Source of the DNA: Daphnia carinata
Taxonomy: Eukaryota
Direction of reading: 5' to 3'
NCBI RefSeq assembly: GCF_022539665.2
Contig: NC_081333.1
Location: 7,936,001 to 8,000,000 of the forward strand
Length of the DNA stretch: 64,000 nt
Part shown: positions 25,094 to 38,513 of the stretch, piece after piece
How the letters are laid out: every line of letters starts with the position of its first letter
How positions within the stretch are numbered: position 1 is the stretch's first letter
Notes under the pieces: model-generated
Told to the model about the DNA's origin: nothing
Databases searched by the model: none
The model's input: only the letters and a program-made list of their open reading frames with translations
Translations under genes and position numbers: made by a program

Positions 25094-27100
25094 TCATTGC
25101 CAGTCGTCAAATATGGCCGCTGAAGTCAAATTTCCAATTGGGTATTGTGAAAGAGCGTCATTCACAACTTTCATGATGCCCGTCGTTAGATTCTCGATAA
25201 CGATAGGCTTCACCTGTCACGCCCAAAACAAGAGGAGGATTAGTCTATTGAATTCTACATCAAAACTCGCCCCATTTTGTGCCAACGGCAGCTGCCAACA
25301 ACTTCCGATTGCCACGTGCAAAATACTGGGCTTTACTCCCCCATTTCACTTCAGTTCTACAATCACGAACGGAAAGGAAATCGATGGGGAACAGGCGACC
25401 GTGCATAAATAACAACTGGACGAGATGTTGCAACCAATGAACTATAGCAACTCACCATGTCGAAGATAGCCATTCCTAGTTCACTTAGGATATCATTTAA
25501 CGTGTCGCCCAAATCTCCTCCTCCAAGAAGATTTTCGAAATAAACGACCATCGTTGTAAAAGAGACATCCATCTCGAGTGAAGTCAACTGTAAAAAAAAA
25601 AGGCAAGTGCACGTTAATGTATATAGCTAAAGCGACTAGTGACTTGATTAAATGCACTCGAGCGCCAAAGATGCAACCCCTACTGCCCCTAAAGAAGAAG
25701 TCATCCTTGCGGTTGCTCGCCCCCGCCCCTTGCTTACTTACTCGCTAATGTTGCTGCTTTTCTCTAATACGCCCAACTACTTTAGAGTACGCGAGAGAGA
25801 AACACCTATTTCAGATTCGCTTGTGCCCCATCGTCGTTGATTGATGATGGCAAAGTGTTTCACAACTTTATGTATATGAAGTAAGCGGTACCTGCAAGTA
25901 GTTGCCTGTTTCGTCCAAGCCCATTGATCCACCACCGAGCATGTTGACTTCAAAGATTTCCAGCCTGTAAGGTCCGTTACCGTAAATTGGGAAAACGACC
26001 CCCGCAATTCCGCTGAGATCATACAAGCCGTCGATCTACACAGTACAAACATTTTGGCAAAAATTTACCAATGCCCAGCTAATAGATTTGCATTTGACGA
26101 ATTTGCAGTATACCTTCATATAAGGCATAAAAGAGCGTAAGTCCATGCTGAGTTGGGCAAGATCAATGTGTAACGTTGTCACAACCAGTGTCGACAAATA
26201 ATGGACTGCAGTGTCCTGTTTGTGATTGGACGATTACAATAGAAATCTAATGCTGTAAATGATTTTTGAAAAACAATTACCGCTACGGCAGCATCAATCG
26301 CACCGCCCGGTACCCTGTTGTGAAAATAAACAGATAAGAAGGGTCAAAAACAACCGATTAAGTTATTAAAAAGGCTTAAACATCGTTGGCGAACGAAAAA
26401 GCTAACGATAGAGTAGTTGTAAATAAGTACGTCAGAGTAGGAATGGTGATGTTGCCTATCCATAGAGGGTCCATAGGGGGAATGCCGAGAGCAGGGATTC
26501 CTTCATCGAGTGCCGCAAAGAAGTTGTTGATGACCAACCGGACGTAATTATCCAACGCTGCGTCCCTGGGCTGCAGAGCTTTTTCTACCAATCAAAAATC
26601 CGAATGAAGAGACGCAACAACTTTGTTCGTACATGTGTGGTTGTAACAAGAAAATGACTAGAATCAAGCTATGTCGCTGACGACTTATTCATTAGGACCA
26701 TCTTCCCGAGGCAATCATCTTTTATTTGTATTTCAAGTGCCTTTTTGCTCTTGATTTCTTTCTTCCTATTTAACCATCTCTAATGAAATGTTTTCTTCAA
26801 GCCCTTAACTTTTTGAGTGTTTTGCTTGAATGGGCTCAATCATGACGTTGGAGGTAGCCCAACCGACAGCTTATGGCATGCAAAGCATTCCAATGAACGA
26901 CCCATTCAAACGGACAAGGACGATCGGCCTCAAAGGGAGAGATCTACGTAACGTGCCTCGTGCCTGTCAAACGGAAAAAAGGACAAACTTCATATACCGG
27001 ATTGCGAATAGGATGGATTGCCGAGCGGATTGGCGTCGACTAGCAGCAACGACGTGCTCATCAAAGCCAACCAGAAGCGAATTGAACGTAGGCGAAACAT
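25094..27100 (-). CDS. Secreted JHBP/takeout (TULIP)-family lipid-binding protein
   Basis: Exons ~27100-26998 (signal peptide MFRLRSIRFWLALMSTSLLLVDA), 26584-26431 (GIPALGIPPMDPL), 26314-26281 (34-nt micro-exon), 26215-26114, ~26035-25892 (IDGLYDLSG..FPIYGNGPY), 25587-~25456 (FENLLGGGDLGDTLNDIL), 25213-25094. Motifs are typical of the JHBP/takeout family. Confidence 0.8.
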
Positions 27101-30100
27101 TCTTTTTCTTGATGGAAACAAGACAGGAATGTATCAATTAACTATTAGCAAAAGAATTTATTCGATCGTGCGCCTAGACCGTCGACTGGACTACTGCATT
27201 ACAGTATTTGTCTGGCCTTTGTTTTATTCCATTTAACGAGATGATGTCGAACGGATTACCGCATGACAACAAAGATAGGGCAACCTGGTCTGATAGGAGC
27301 AACGAATAGGAAGAAACGAAAGCAACGAATTGTATCCTGTACAGCTGTCGAATTCAATAATCCTTTAATATGTCTCAATGTCTGGCACGCCCTGTTAGCT
27401 CCGAGCTGTCATCGCCAATCTCAACGTTCGACAGGTCTTATTATCGTACTTGTTTACTTGTTGATACATTTTTTTATGTTATTTTCGTTTTCACTGTCAA
27501 TCTAATCTTTTTGCATTCGTGTTTTATTTTCTGTCTTTTTCCTTCAAGAGGCTGTTTGAAATGAAAATAAACGAGAGTGCTCGGCGACTCCTCTTCGATG
27601 TTGAATTCATTGTTATTTCGTTTTTCCTTCAGAGATAGGCGAGGGACTGCAGACTTGTGTGTTAAGAGAACTGCAAAAATCTCGCAACAAAGAAGTCATT
27701 TCGTTAGGATTACGTTATACGGCCAACGCCCGCCCGTCTCTAGTTTTGGTCTACCAGACGGAGACTCTTATAGCCCATTGCTAAGTAAGACGGGATTCGG
27801 GAATAAGAAAGATCCAACTGTCTTCTGTTTAAAGAACAAAAAATCTAATTACTTATTCGGTTCAGAGATATGCCATACTGGCGGATTTGACCACCTTAAT
27901 ATAAGTCATGGTCTTGCCGTATAGCCCTCATTCCGCAAGTATAAGGAACTGGAAACATTCGTTAATAGACCGCACATTGCAAGCCGCTAGGATCGTTATG
28001 AATCGTTGCCATTTCGGCCAAGGTTCGGGTGTGGCCATTGCTTCTGCATATCTTATATTATATGGGCGACATGGCTCTCTTCTCCCCCTATATAGCATAC
28101 ATCCTGTATACGCGTAACCCAGCAGTGACATTCTGCAATTAATCATATTGGACATCCGGCAGAGAAGGCCTCCATTGTTGCTGTGTTCGTACGCGGCTTG
28201 GTTGGCCAAAAAGTTGCTAGCAAAGAAATATGTAGGACGATCAAGGAAAAGACTACGGGCCTGAAGTACAGATACTGATATGGGATAGATACACACAGTC
28301 AGCCGATGTCTTCCTGGTCTCAAAGGTTGACCAACTCACGCAATGTCACGGAGCTTTGATCGCAGAGTGTGCTGCTTGTCTTGTCTTGCGAGATCATCGC
28401 CCCAACTTGTATTTCGCTACTGACGACAGAAGCGGCATATCAGTTAGGTCTTGCTATATGGCATACCTACAAAAAGAAACGATTGAAGCCAGAGTTTCCC
28501 TCGGGGTGTAGCAAGGGAGGTCAATCGATCCTTGCTTTATAACTGACGGAATTCGATTAGTCGTAACTTTGAATCGATCCATTATGATGACGGGCTGCAC
28601 GCCGTCCTCTTTCTGCTAATAGCAACAACCAGTAGCCAGAAAATGGTACCGTAACTACGTCTACGATGACATTGTGTATATGCTATAGAGACAACACTAG
28701 CAGCTATGGACTAATACATTTGCCCTATAATGGGAGACTTGTCCACATCTATTATTTTTACTTTTGGTTCTCACGCACCCTGTTTTTTTTTTGTTTTTGC
28801 CTGTGTCGTCCGGATATAGTCGGTAAGGCGTTAACATGAGAGTCAGGATAGCGGAGGCAAAGAGGGAATAAGCCAAGCGGAAGAGTATGTGAGGAAATAG
28901 GAGGATCAAATCGATCCGCTAATCAGATCCGCGACGAACAGACTAGAAGTCTCAGGCCCTTGCACGGTCTATTTGTAAGAGTGGCGTGGCTCTCGAAAAA
29001 CGGGATAATGTAGCGAACGCCTGGAAAATAAAAATGAACTGTGTTCACTATAAAGAAGCCAAACAAGGCCTTTCGGAAATGTTCAAACTGAGCTAGCTCT
29101 CGCTATTAATCAACGGCAGCCAATATTTGCTTCATGTGCGTGTGATGTGCTCTCGCATGATTGACGTGAACACTTATACACGTTCCGGCAGATGAAGATG
29201 TGAAAAGGAAAATCGAGACCGTTAAAGAAATGGTCAACTAGTCAACGCCAATCCGGTTAGACGTGCACACATAGCTTGAAACACCAAAAATATGAATAAT
29301 CAATGTTATTGCAAATATAAAATTATTAAAACGAATTGCCTTTGTTTAAAGTCCAAAATGCACACGGGTTATGATTTACGTGATTCGCATTCCATTTACG
29401 CGGGGGTTTATTTTGGATCATTGTACTGTTCGATTAGACTTAGTAAAGTTAAGGAGAAGTTAACGTAGAGTTCGATGGGCGTTGGCATTTCATGGGCGTA
29501 AATGAAAGAACAGAAATATCGAGCGAATTACAACTTTGAGCGTGAGAGTTGGTGGTTGACATTAGCTGCCTATATTGGCGTCATTTCATCGATCCTGACG
29601 TTATACCCGTCGAAAGTGCCAATATTGGCAAAGTAAATGCCTTTTTCTTTCAAGGAACGATGGCCTTACACTTCATTCATCGATGTTAGCCTAACGTGTG
29701 TTGCATAACAGTTGTGCTTTATCCATTTTGAACTTATATTTTTTAAATTCCAAGAAGGCCAAAATTACTGTATGCAAATGTTAACGGCTTAAAAGAAAAG
29801 CGGACAAATTGCATTCAATTTCTACAAATAAATTTTTTTTTTGCGTGTTTAGTTTGCATAACAATTGCATGCGGGTCATTTATTTCTTTTGTATAGCACG
29901 CGCAGCACTCTACAAGTCCCGTATAATCACAATCGAAATGCGGGATTGAGACGTGCGGCCGCGCTTGCGCGTTGCGAACGCGTACTGATATACGGTATCC
30001 AGCATGTGCGGAATCGCTGGATTATTGAGAGGGAGGGTCGCAATCTAAACGAGGAAGAAGGGGCGACACAGCACAAGAAGGAGCATTATAGAGTGAGTGG

Positions 30101-31912
30101 CAGACTCAAAAAGAGGATTTCAATTCAGCGTGTGTCTCAGTCGCCGACGTCCAGGACGCGATCCGCGTCTCACAGCCGCTCGTTGCATTTTTAAATATCA
30201 CATTGTGCTGTTGGTTTTGCCTTTTTCTCAACCTCCATTCTATCGGCTAGACGACTTCATCCATGATTAACACCGTCATCCGTCAAGCTAAAGTCGCCGA
30301 TTGGTAAGTTAAAGTTGAGCTTATTTTAGCCTATATCCATTAGCTTTACAATATTTACTAGGCGTTGAACACACGCCCGTGTCGTTACATCACTGTTCTT
30401 GTTTTCCTTCCATAAAATAATGGCTATAGAAGATTATACTGGGCCGAAGATCTGTTGTTTTTCTAAAGCCAACGCAGTAGACACAGACATCTTTTTTTTA
30501 AATATCGTAATTATTGTCATCATTATATTGTTATACTCCTATTTCTGGATACGCTGAGAAACCGATGCTCTAGACTTTCTGCTGGAGCTACGAGCTTATT
30601 TCCTGCCACTCCGGATTGGATGTCATTCTCATTCTAATTAAGCCCTCTTCATTTCCGGATGATTGGATGGGTTGCAGCCGTAACTCCAGCACTGCATTTA
30701 GAAGGATTCTTTGTCTACTTGCTACACCGCGACCCTAAAGAAAATTTAGAAAAATTGTAACAAATTCCTGAAAGAATTGTCCACCATCCTTTCTTTCGTA
30801 CGTGCGTCTCTTGTTGCACATGCTCCAATGTAAGGATGTTGGTTATCTAGTTGGTCGGTACATAATAGAGATACGAAAACACAGTCTAGCAGAAGATGCC
30901 ATCAATTTGGCTTACTTCATTAAGTTCGCTCCAATTGCAATGCGAAATCGTCTTTCGCATCCTGGTCTCCCTATCTACTAACGCTGATGCGCGCCTATCA
31001 ACTGTCTGCGAAATTGGCCAAATTGATTGATTTCGTTGCGTCTGGTGTATTACATAACTGTACGATGGTCTCTTTCTCTCGTCCAAAATAGAGCCTTCCA
31101 GTTTCTTGATATCTTTACCTCTTTTTCTTACTTCCGCTTTTGGCTTCCAGACGTGCTGCATAGTTGCGATTGGACACAGGGCTTGAAATCAAAGCGGTCG
31201 GCCCGCGATTCAGTTGGTATCCGGTCCGCTTTTTTTTTTTAGATAAAACGTTTTTGTCGTCTCCTTGTGTAGTAAAGTTTTCATTTAAAAAAGGGGAAAT
31301 AAAAATAGGCTGAATTAAAGGGGGATTGGAGAAAACGTGAAGCGTGAGTACGTCCCCAATGGGAAGGGTATTAGGGCGTCTCACTGTATGGTGTGCGCGC
31401 ATCATCAGATCTGACATGATTCTTTGGTGTTTCCATGGTGATGGTGGAACGAGCCTTTTTTTAGTTTCCCACATCGGCAGCCGGGCCCCTACGTCTCCTT
31501 TTCCACGTTTCAAATTACCAATTGCCGACACGAAACGAATAAGCGAACGATAGACAGAGAGAAAAACAGCAGCCAGTTTCCCTCTTTTCTTGCGGATCTA
31601 TGTGATGCGCGTTTTTTAGTCAGGGGATGAATTGATAGGAGCGACGTCTTATTGGGCGGCCGCGCATCTTATTATTGTTACTCCGAGCAGAAAACACACG
31701 TCAGTGGAATGAAAATCAAATAAATGAAATCTAGCTAACGATGTGAGTTTCTTTGATATTTTTCGTGGAAAAGCAAAGGAGAAATCAATTCCATTTTCAA
31801 GTTCATTTAACTATGTTAAATTGATTACGTCATGCTTTACTTGTTGGTTTACTTTCACTTGTAATTGTTTTATTTTTCTCATCCTTTTTTCTATTTGAAG
31901 GAGAAGAAAAAG

Positions 31913-34900
31913 ATGTGGAGTTCGTACTCTGTAACCGGCCCGCCGCCAGTGACCGGCACGGCCAACGGTAACAGTTCAGAGAACGGCGGGGAAGACAGCA
32001 GCCATGTCGTCGATGGCGGGACTGACAGTGACCCATTACTTGGATTGGTGGCACTCCAACTGACCGTGTTGGTTTTCATATCGGCAGTTGGAACATTTGC
32101 CAACGCTCTCGTCTTCGCCGTTTTCTATCGCCGTCCGTCTCTGCGCACCATTTCCAACCGGCAAGTTGTTCTTTCTTTATCATGCCCACGCACATTCGCC
32201 AAACGCGCTGGTCCCACCAGTTCAGGGGATTTACGTTTTGATTCATAAAACAAGAGGTCCACCTTAACTGAATGCGTAATTCAACAATGACGGGCTGAAC
32301 AAAAACCGTAACATGAAACAATGGCGTTCATTATGATGGTTATCGCACACATTTCATCATTCTTACTAAACTAACAAGAATGAATGAATAAGGAACAAGA
32401 GGGGGTAAGAAAACCCGTCGACAGAGTTAATGAGCGTGACTGCGGAAACGAATAAGCCTTTGCTCGGAAGGATAGGCGGTAATACAGTCGCATTGCAAAA
32501 TCTTTTGGGTGGAGTTACAGACAAAAAAAAAAATGAAAAAAAGAGCATTACTGTTGGTTGGTCTATCAATAACGAAGACTGGCTACATGGTCATAGAGCG
32601 CGGGTGAACGGAATCAGAGTGAACAAGAGACTACGCCCACGTACATACTACTCCATCGTACGTGTTCTGTGATATCCAGCAGATTCGCAATCCTATATAG
32701 TCTTGTCAATAAGAAGGTATACGTAGAAAAAGCGGAGAAAATGGCGCTATGTCTACGGTATTCCTTTTCTTTCTGTGCAGTGCGAAATAAAAAACGAAGC
32801 TTCTCTAGCCTGCACGTCACAAAAGCAGCTGCTGATGATTATCGGCCCTTGTGCTGCCGTGCTGTCGTCAAAAAAGGCACGGTCGATACATTACGAAAGG
32901 CTTGATGCAATGGCTCTTCCTACATGACCTTGACGGCCACGGAATCTTTGCTCCGCTGGATTGAGTTTGCTCCGCCACTGCGTCCTTAGTATAATCCTGT
33001 TTTTATTAAAAGGAAAAGCAAAACTTTTCTTTTCTGATGTCCCCTTATGGAAAATCTGGAAATTCGTTGACTTTGACGGCTTGTAAATAGGCCTCTACAG
33101 CTAGAACACGTCAAATAAAAAGCAAAAGATGACGGAGTCGAGTTCTTTCTACGCTTCACGTTTTTTTCCGCTTTCTATTCATCTTCCCACCTTTTAATTC
33201 GTAGCTTTCGTATTTGAATCGCTCCCGTCACTTCTGGCAACTCGTCGTTCGACGTGAATATTTCACGCCGAGGCTTTTTTATACATTAATCTTGCGGGAA
33301 AGCAGAGACTGTGAATCGCTTGATTTCGTTTCGCAAAACAGACGAGGAAAAGGAATGAACAAAAGCGATGGAAACTCCTTCGGGAGTGGCAGCAGCAGAC
33401 ATCAGATTATTTTTCTGAGCCAATCGGAGCAAGTAGCGAAGCGTTTTCGCGTCAACTTTTACGTATTACGCTAGATCTTTCTAGTAAATTAAACTAACCG
33501 AAATTTCTGCCCCGAAAATCGTATGCTAAATAGCTCACGTCTTTGCATTATACGACGAAATTGGATTTTTCCTTTTTTAGCGTTCTTTTAGAAAGTCAGA
33601 GCCAAGCGGGAAGATTCTATAGAGATTGAAAAAGATGCAGGAGACGACTGTAAAATAGATTGATAAATCGATACTACGTCAGCCTGTTTTTACTCCTATT
33701 GAATATATCCACCGTCAATCATTGATATCCTATCTGAAATGGGGTCTTGTACCAGGAAGTTCACAGCCTTTTTTTTTTTTAGTTTACCCTCCGTCGCATT
33801 AAAATAAAAACGAATAAACGTCACCTTGGACATGATGACGATCTTATCGTGATAGTTCACTAGACCTTTACGCGGGATAAAGACTTTTTTTTTCCTTGGC
33901 TTCTTCCACCTTCCAGACTCAGTACAAAGAGCAAAGTCCAAACGGTACATAATGCAACGCGGAAGCGATTTAGGATTGCCACTCATCTCACGGTCAGGGT
34001 TGTGTTATTCATTGTCATGTCATTTCATGTTGATTTACTACATTTTTTTATCAAAGGCATGTTTGATATATCATTAAATTATAAAAATAAAAGAGGATTC
34101 TGTTGTAGCCGTTCCAACACAGTCCCGAATTGTTGTTTGTAAACAAGACAAAATGTTAAAACTACCAAAGCTTTTTAATCTGCAGATTCTGGCAAATAGG
34201 ACGATGTTTCCTCTTTGCCGTACTAATTGCTTTTAGCTAATTATATTGTCTCACATAATCAGGTTCGTCTTGAGTCTCATCATGGCCAATTTAACGTCGG
34301 CGGCGGTGAGCATCCCGGGACACGTTTATCAACTTTTGATCAAACCTTTACATCACGAGCAACGGGAACGGTTTCAAGGGCATCACCAATTTCATCATCA
34401 TTACCAATCTGCCGTGGTCAACAACGGGGTCAATGCAGACAGCAGCATTGGCGAAGACGTCACTTACGTAATGGGTCGGCTTGTCGACGATTCAACTTCG
34501 TCGTGGTTAAGTTCCTGGCATTGGCACAAACAAGGACTTGATGGATTAACAGTTCTTGTCTCTTTGGCCTCCGTCCTTTCAATCCTGCTCATTTCACTCG
34601 ATCGATACTACGTAAGATGATAGACAAGTCTCTCTATGTGTTATGACTATAGCAGTTCGATCCATTGATGGAGAGAGAGGGCCATTGAGATCTTCGAACA
34701 ATACTCTTTCATTCAGTATACAAACGAATATAGCCTTGTGTACCCTGAGAAGTCAGGCCGGGGAAAAAAACTTGTATGGACAGCTGATGATACATGGATT
34801 ATTGTATTGACTTTCACAAAAGAATTCAATTCAATCACATAGACGTAATGGCTAGCCTATTGTCCGATCAAAGAAGAATTGGGTCTCAATAGATCCTTGC

Positions 34901-37900
34901 TGCTTATATTTGACTCCATTTTTATTTGCATTCCTTTTTTTTTCTTTTTAAATGAAACAGGCCGTCAACAGCCCACTTCACTACAGCATTATCGTGACCC
35001 GACAAAAGAGCATCGCCATGATCGCTTTAGTCTGGTTGGTGGCCGCCATTCTTTCGGCGCCCGTTTGGGCCGGCAGCGTCCTCTTGCAACACTACGCACC
35101 GATAACGAACAACATGCGAACACCTCAGCATTCAACAACAGCACATAGCAACAACAACGACAGCGTATTCGACAACAGCGCACTGGTGAATAACGAAACG
35201 TTGTACGTCGGAAGTGACGGTGAACAGTTCAATATCAACAGCAGTAGGGACCAACAACAACAACAACAATATTTGATGAATTTGTGCTACAGCGTCTCTC
35301 TCATCCTCTTCGGATTCGTTTGGCCACTGGCGGCCCTTTGTTGGCTTTATTTGCGTATGTACGAGGCTGCCTTAAAGAATTCGGCCCGCACCAGACGCCA
35401 ATCGCTTTGTTCTAACACAAACAACAACGCCAATGCCATGGATGGGACGGTCGGAGCTGCGGCCGTGGCAGCTGCATCAACCGTGGCTGCAACAGCCTCT
35501 TCCAATGCGGATCCTTGTTTCAGTTCCTACGGTACGACAACTATGACGGGATCACATCATACGACGCTAGCGGACGCTATTACATCGGTGACGACGACAG
35601 CCGCAGCTTTGGCATCGGAGAATCAAGCGTCCATGCGATTGCTGGCTGCCGCTTCGGCCGCTGCCGCATCGGCCTCAACGCCTCACCAACATCGTAGCAA
35701 CAGGTGCGTAAAATCGATCCGTCTTTGTTCTTTTTTTTTCTTTTTACAATAAAAAAAAACACACACGACAACAACGAGGTTCTATTTTAAGCATTTTCCC
35801 CTCGGGTACTGCCTTCTAAAAGTTTCACTATCTCTTTCGAATTATGCGTGGCTCACAGGCATCTACAGATGTATCGACTATCCGCAACGGAAACCACACT
35901 AGGGCCAACACCCTTGACCGATCAGATGATTAAATTATAACGAAAAATGGCTGTTTTTAGACAGGGGAAGTAACGAGATATGAACAGGGGAATAGGAATC
36001 AAGTTGCTGTAATGGTCAACAAAGTCTTTCTTACTCCTTGCCATGTTTTCCTTGAGTTAAAAAAAAAAAAAAAAGGGTAACGAGCAGTAAAAGGTGCTGA
36101 AGGAAAACGATATCGTAAAAAAAAAAAAATTATATCCATTGCTCGAGGCTTCTAACCCTTACTCACGTTGCATCAATTTCATATCTATATATAATGCCAT
36201 GAAGCGCAACGGGGTAGCACTCAATCGATTAATGGTCACAGAAAAGAGAAGAGCAAAGAGAAGAAGGCGCTTGAGTGAGAGTGCGTGCACAGCGTATAAT
36301 AGCTAGAAAGGTAATCATCGGAAAGAAGCAACAGGGACTGACCCTCCCTTATTTGCGCTGTTGTTTTTCCCGTCATTAGTGACATGTAGACACTTTGACA
36401 GCCAAGTCTTTTCATCCTTTTCTTTGTGTACACGACGATCCGTCCATGCAATTATGCACCCTTCATCACGCGAACGATAGCTATCAGCGTCCAATATCCG
36501 GCGACTTGTTAGGATTGGGTAAACTGATTTTCTCGTATAATCAGCAGGTTAGGTCCTTTCGAGCACAAAAGGACGTTCTACGAGGGTCAACGCTGTCTAG
36601 TCGTCGGACCCTACTGTCCTAGACCGGAATTATCCTTCGATAAGAGGGGAACTATCAACTATCGCTTTTATTTGACTACGTTGGGAATTGTTTGACTTGG
36701 AAACCAGGAGATGATGAAACAAACTGGAGGGACGTTGGAAACGGAAGCTCTTAAAAGTTTAATGAGAGGCAGCGCAGGCAATGACAGTCAACGGAATCGA
36801 TTGTCACGATCGATTGACAAACATCGACCGATGCGTTCAGTTGAGCTTCTCTATCACCCGAAAAATATCGTATCACTATGCATTGTTGGACCCGCTGTTC
36901 TGATTACATGATACGTAATTTACTAGCCAACTAGATAAGATTAAATTTTAGGTATAACTTCTTCTTGAACGAACTTGTATTCAATTAAAAACAGCAAAGG
37001 AATGGGTAACAAAAACATTTAGACGTTAGTCAAAGTTAAAGATTTTAACTTGTTCAGTAGCTCAATCTACATGCAAATGAGCTTTTGGAATAGGGAGGTG
37101 GGTAACTGATTGGATAGAGATTGCAATCACGCTAAGGGGAAAGAAGCGGCTCCGTTTTTGCCTCATTCAGTTGGGATTGTATCTGTGTTTGAATTTCCTG
37201 TTGCTGCGCTAATGAGAGTGTAGAGAAAAACGGAACGGAAACAGGTTCGCTGATCATCGTCTGGCCAAGACGACCGAGAGTCTCCTTTTCGAAGCCATTC
37301 AATCTCCTATCTATTTGGACTCGATAAGAAAATGGGAAAAAAAGCGAGTGAAAAAGATCCTATCACATCCAAACGTGGCCGCTTTATCGGTTGCCAATTG
37401 GGGCCCTCCCTTCGACCATAGCGACGCCATCAGAACGTATATCTAGTTGTTCGATATATATATATATATATGTACATTTATAAGGATTCCGATCGTCCAA
37501 GCCCCCTCGAGCAACCTCGAAAAGCCATTTATTTTGTAGACCGTCTAGCTTGTAGCAGTCACGCAGTTCATACATTAATAAATGAACCGTGAAAAGACTG
37601 GCAGAAGGTTCTTCTTTGAAACGAAGTAAAAAATATATAATAAATTCGATTTCCTTCCGGTTATTGTGATTCGATTGCGAAGACAAACATTTACAACATT
37701 CAAGTCAGACGACCTGCCGACGCCTAGCCCAGGTCGTCAATCTTGTTCGTAGCGTTCACTGCGAAAATCGTCAAGATTCCATTCTGTTTTGCATGAGTCA
37801 AGCGTCCTCTTTGAAGAAGCTTGAAGCTTTCTTCAACTAAAAAGTCAATAAAGTCAAGTTCTTTTTTTTCATTGGAGATCAGATCATCAGGTTTGGCAGC

Positions 37901-38474
37901 ACTCAGAACGAAAGAGGATTACGGGCTCACGAAAGGCAAGAGAAAAGTTTTCGTTTAGAAATAGAAAAAGAGATTGGCAGGACACATTGAAAACAGTCAT
38001 CTGCTTATACCAGAAAATAAAAAGATCTTATGCGTATCCTGCGCTACAACTGTATCTGCAGACTTGATCCATTTATAATGTCGCGTACGTTTCTTATTCT
38101 ATTTATAGAAAAACTTCAACTCAACCCACCTATTTACTATGTGAATTGTAGCCTGTATTCCCTAGTTCCCCTATTCTCCTTTTTAAATGGTCACCAGTTA
38201 GCCGCACTCTTTGTGCGTGTTTCCTATATCCGTTTGCGATAGAGCTCTTCCGGTAATGATCCAGGAGATAGGATCGCCCAATAACTGGACGATGAGCCGG
38301 ATGTCAGAAGACGTGACTGGTGAAGATGTGCTGGATAAGTGCAGCGTATAGCAAAGAGTTCCAGCGAAAATAAATCGCATCGACCCGCGGTTACCCCAGT
38401 CCAGCCGGGCAGTTAGTGACCTTCAACGGCAGCCAGTCCGTCAGCTTTACTGCACGAATGCAGAATACCACACG

Positions 38475-38513
<39 letters not shown>

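Noticed and set aside
26945..26997. Extra micro-exon in the JHBP-like gene via the acceptor at 26964
   Set aside because: It would need a 34-nt intron. The direct 26998-to-26584 splice is already in phase.
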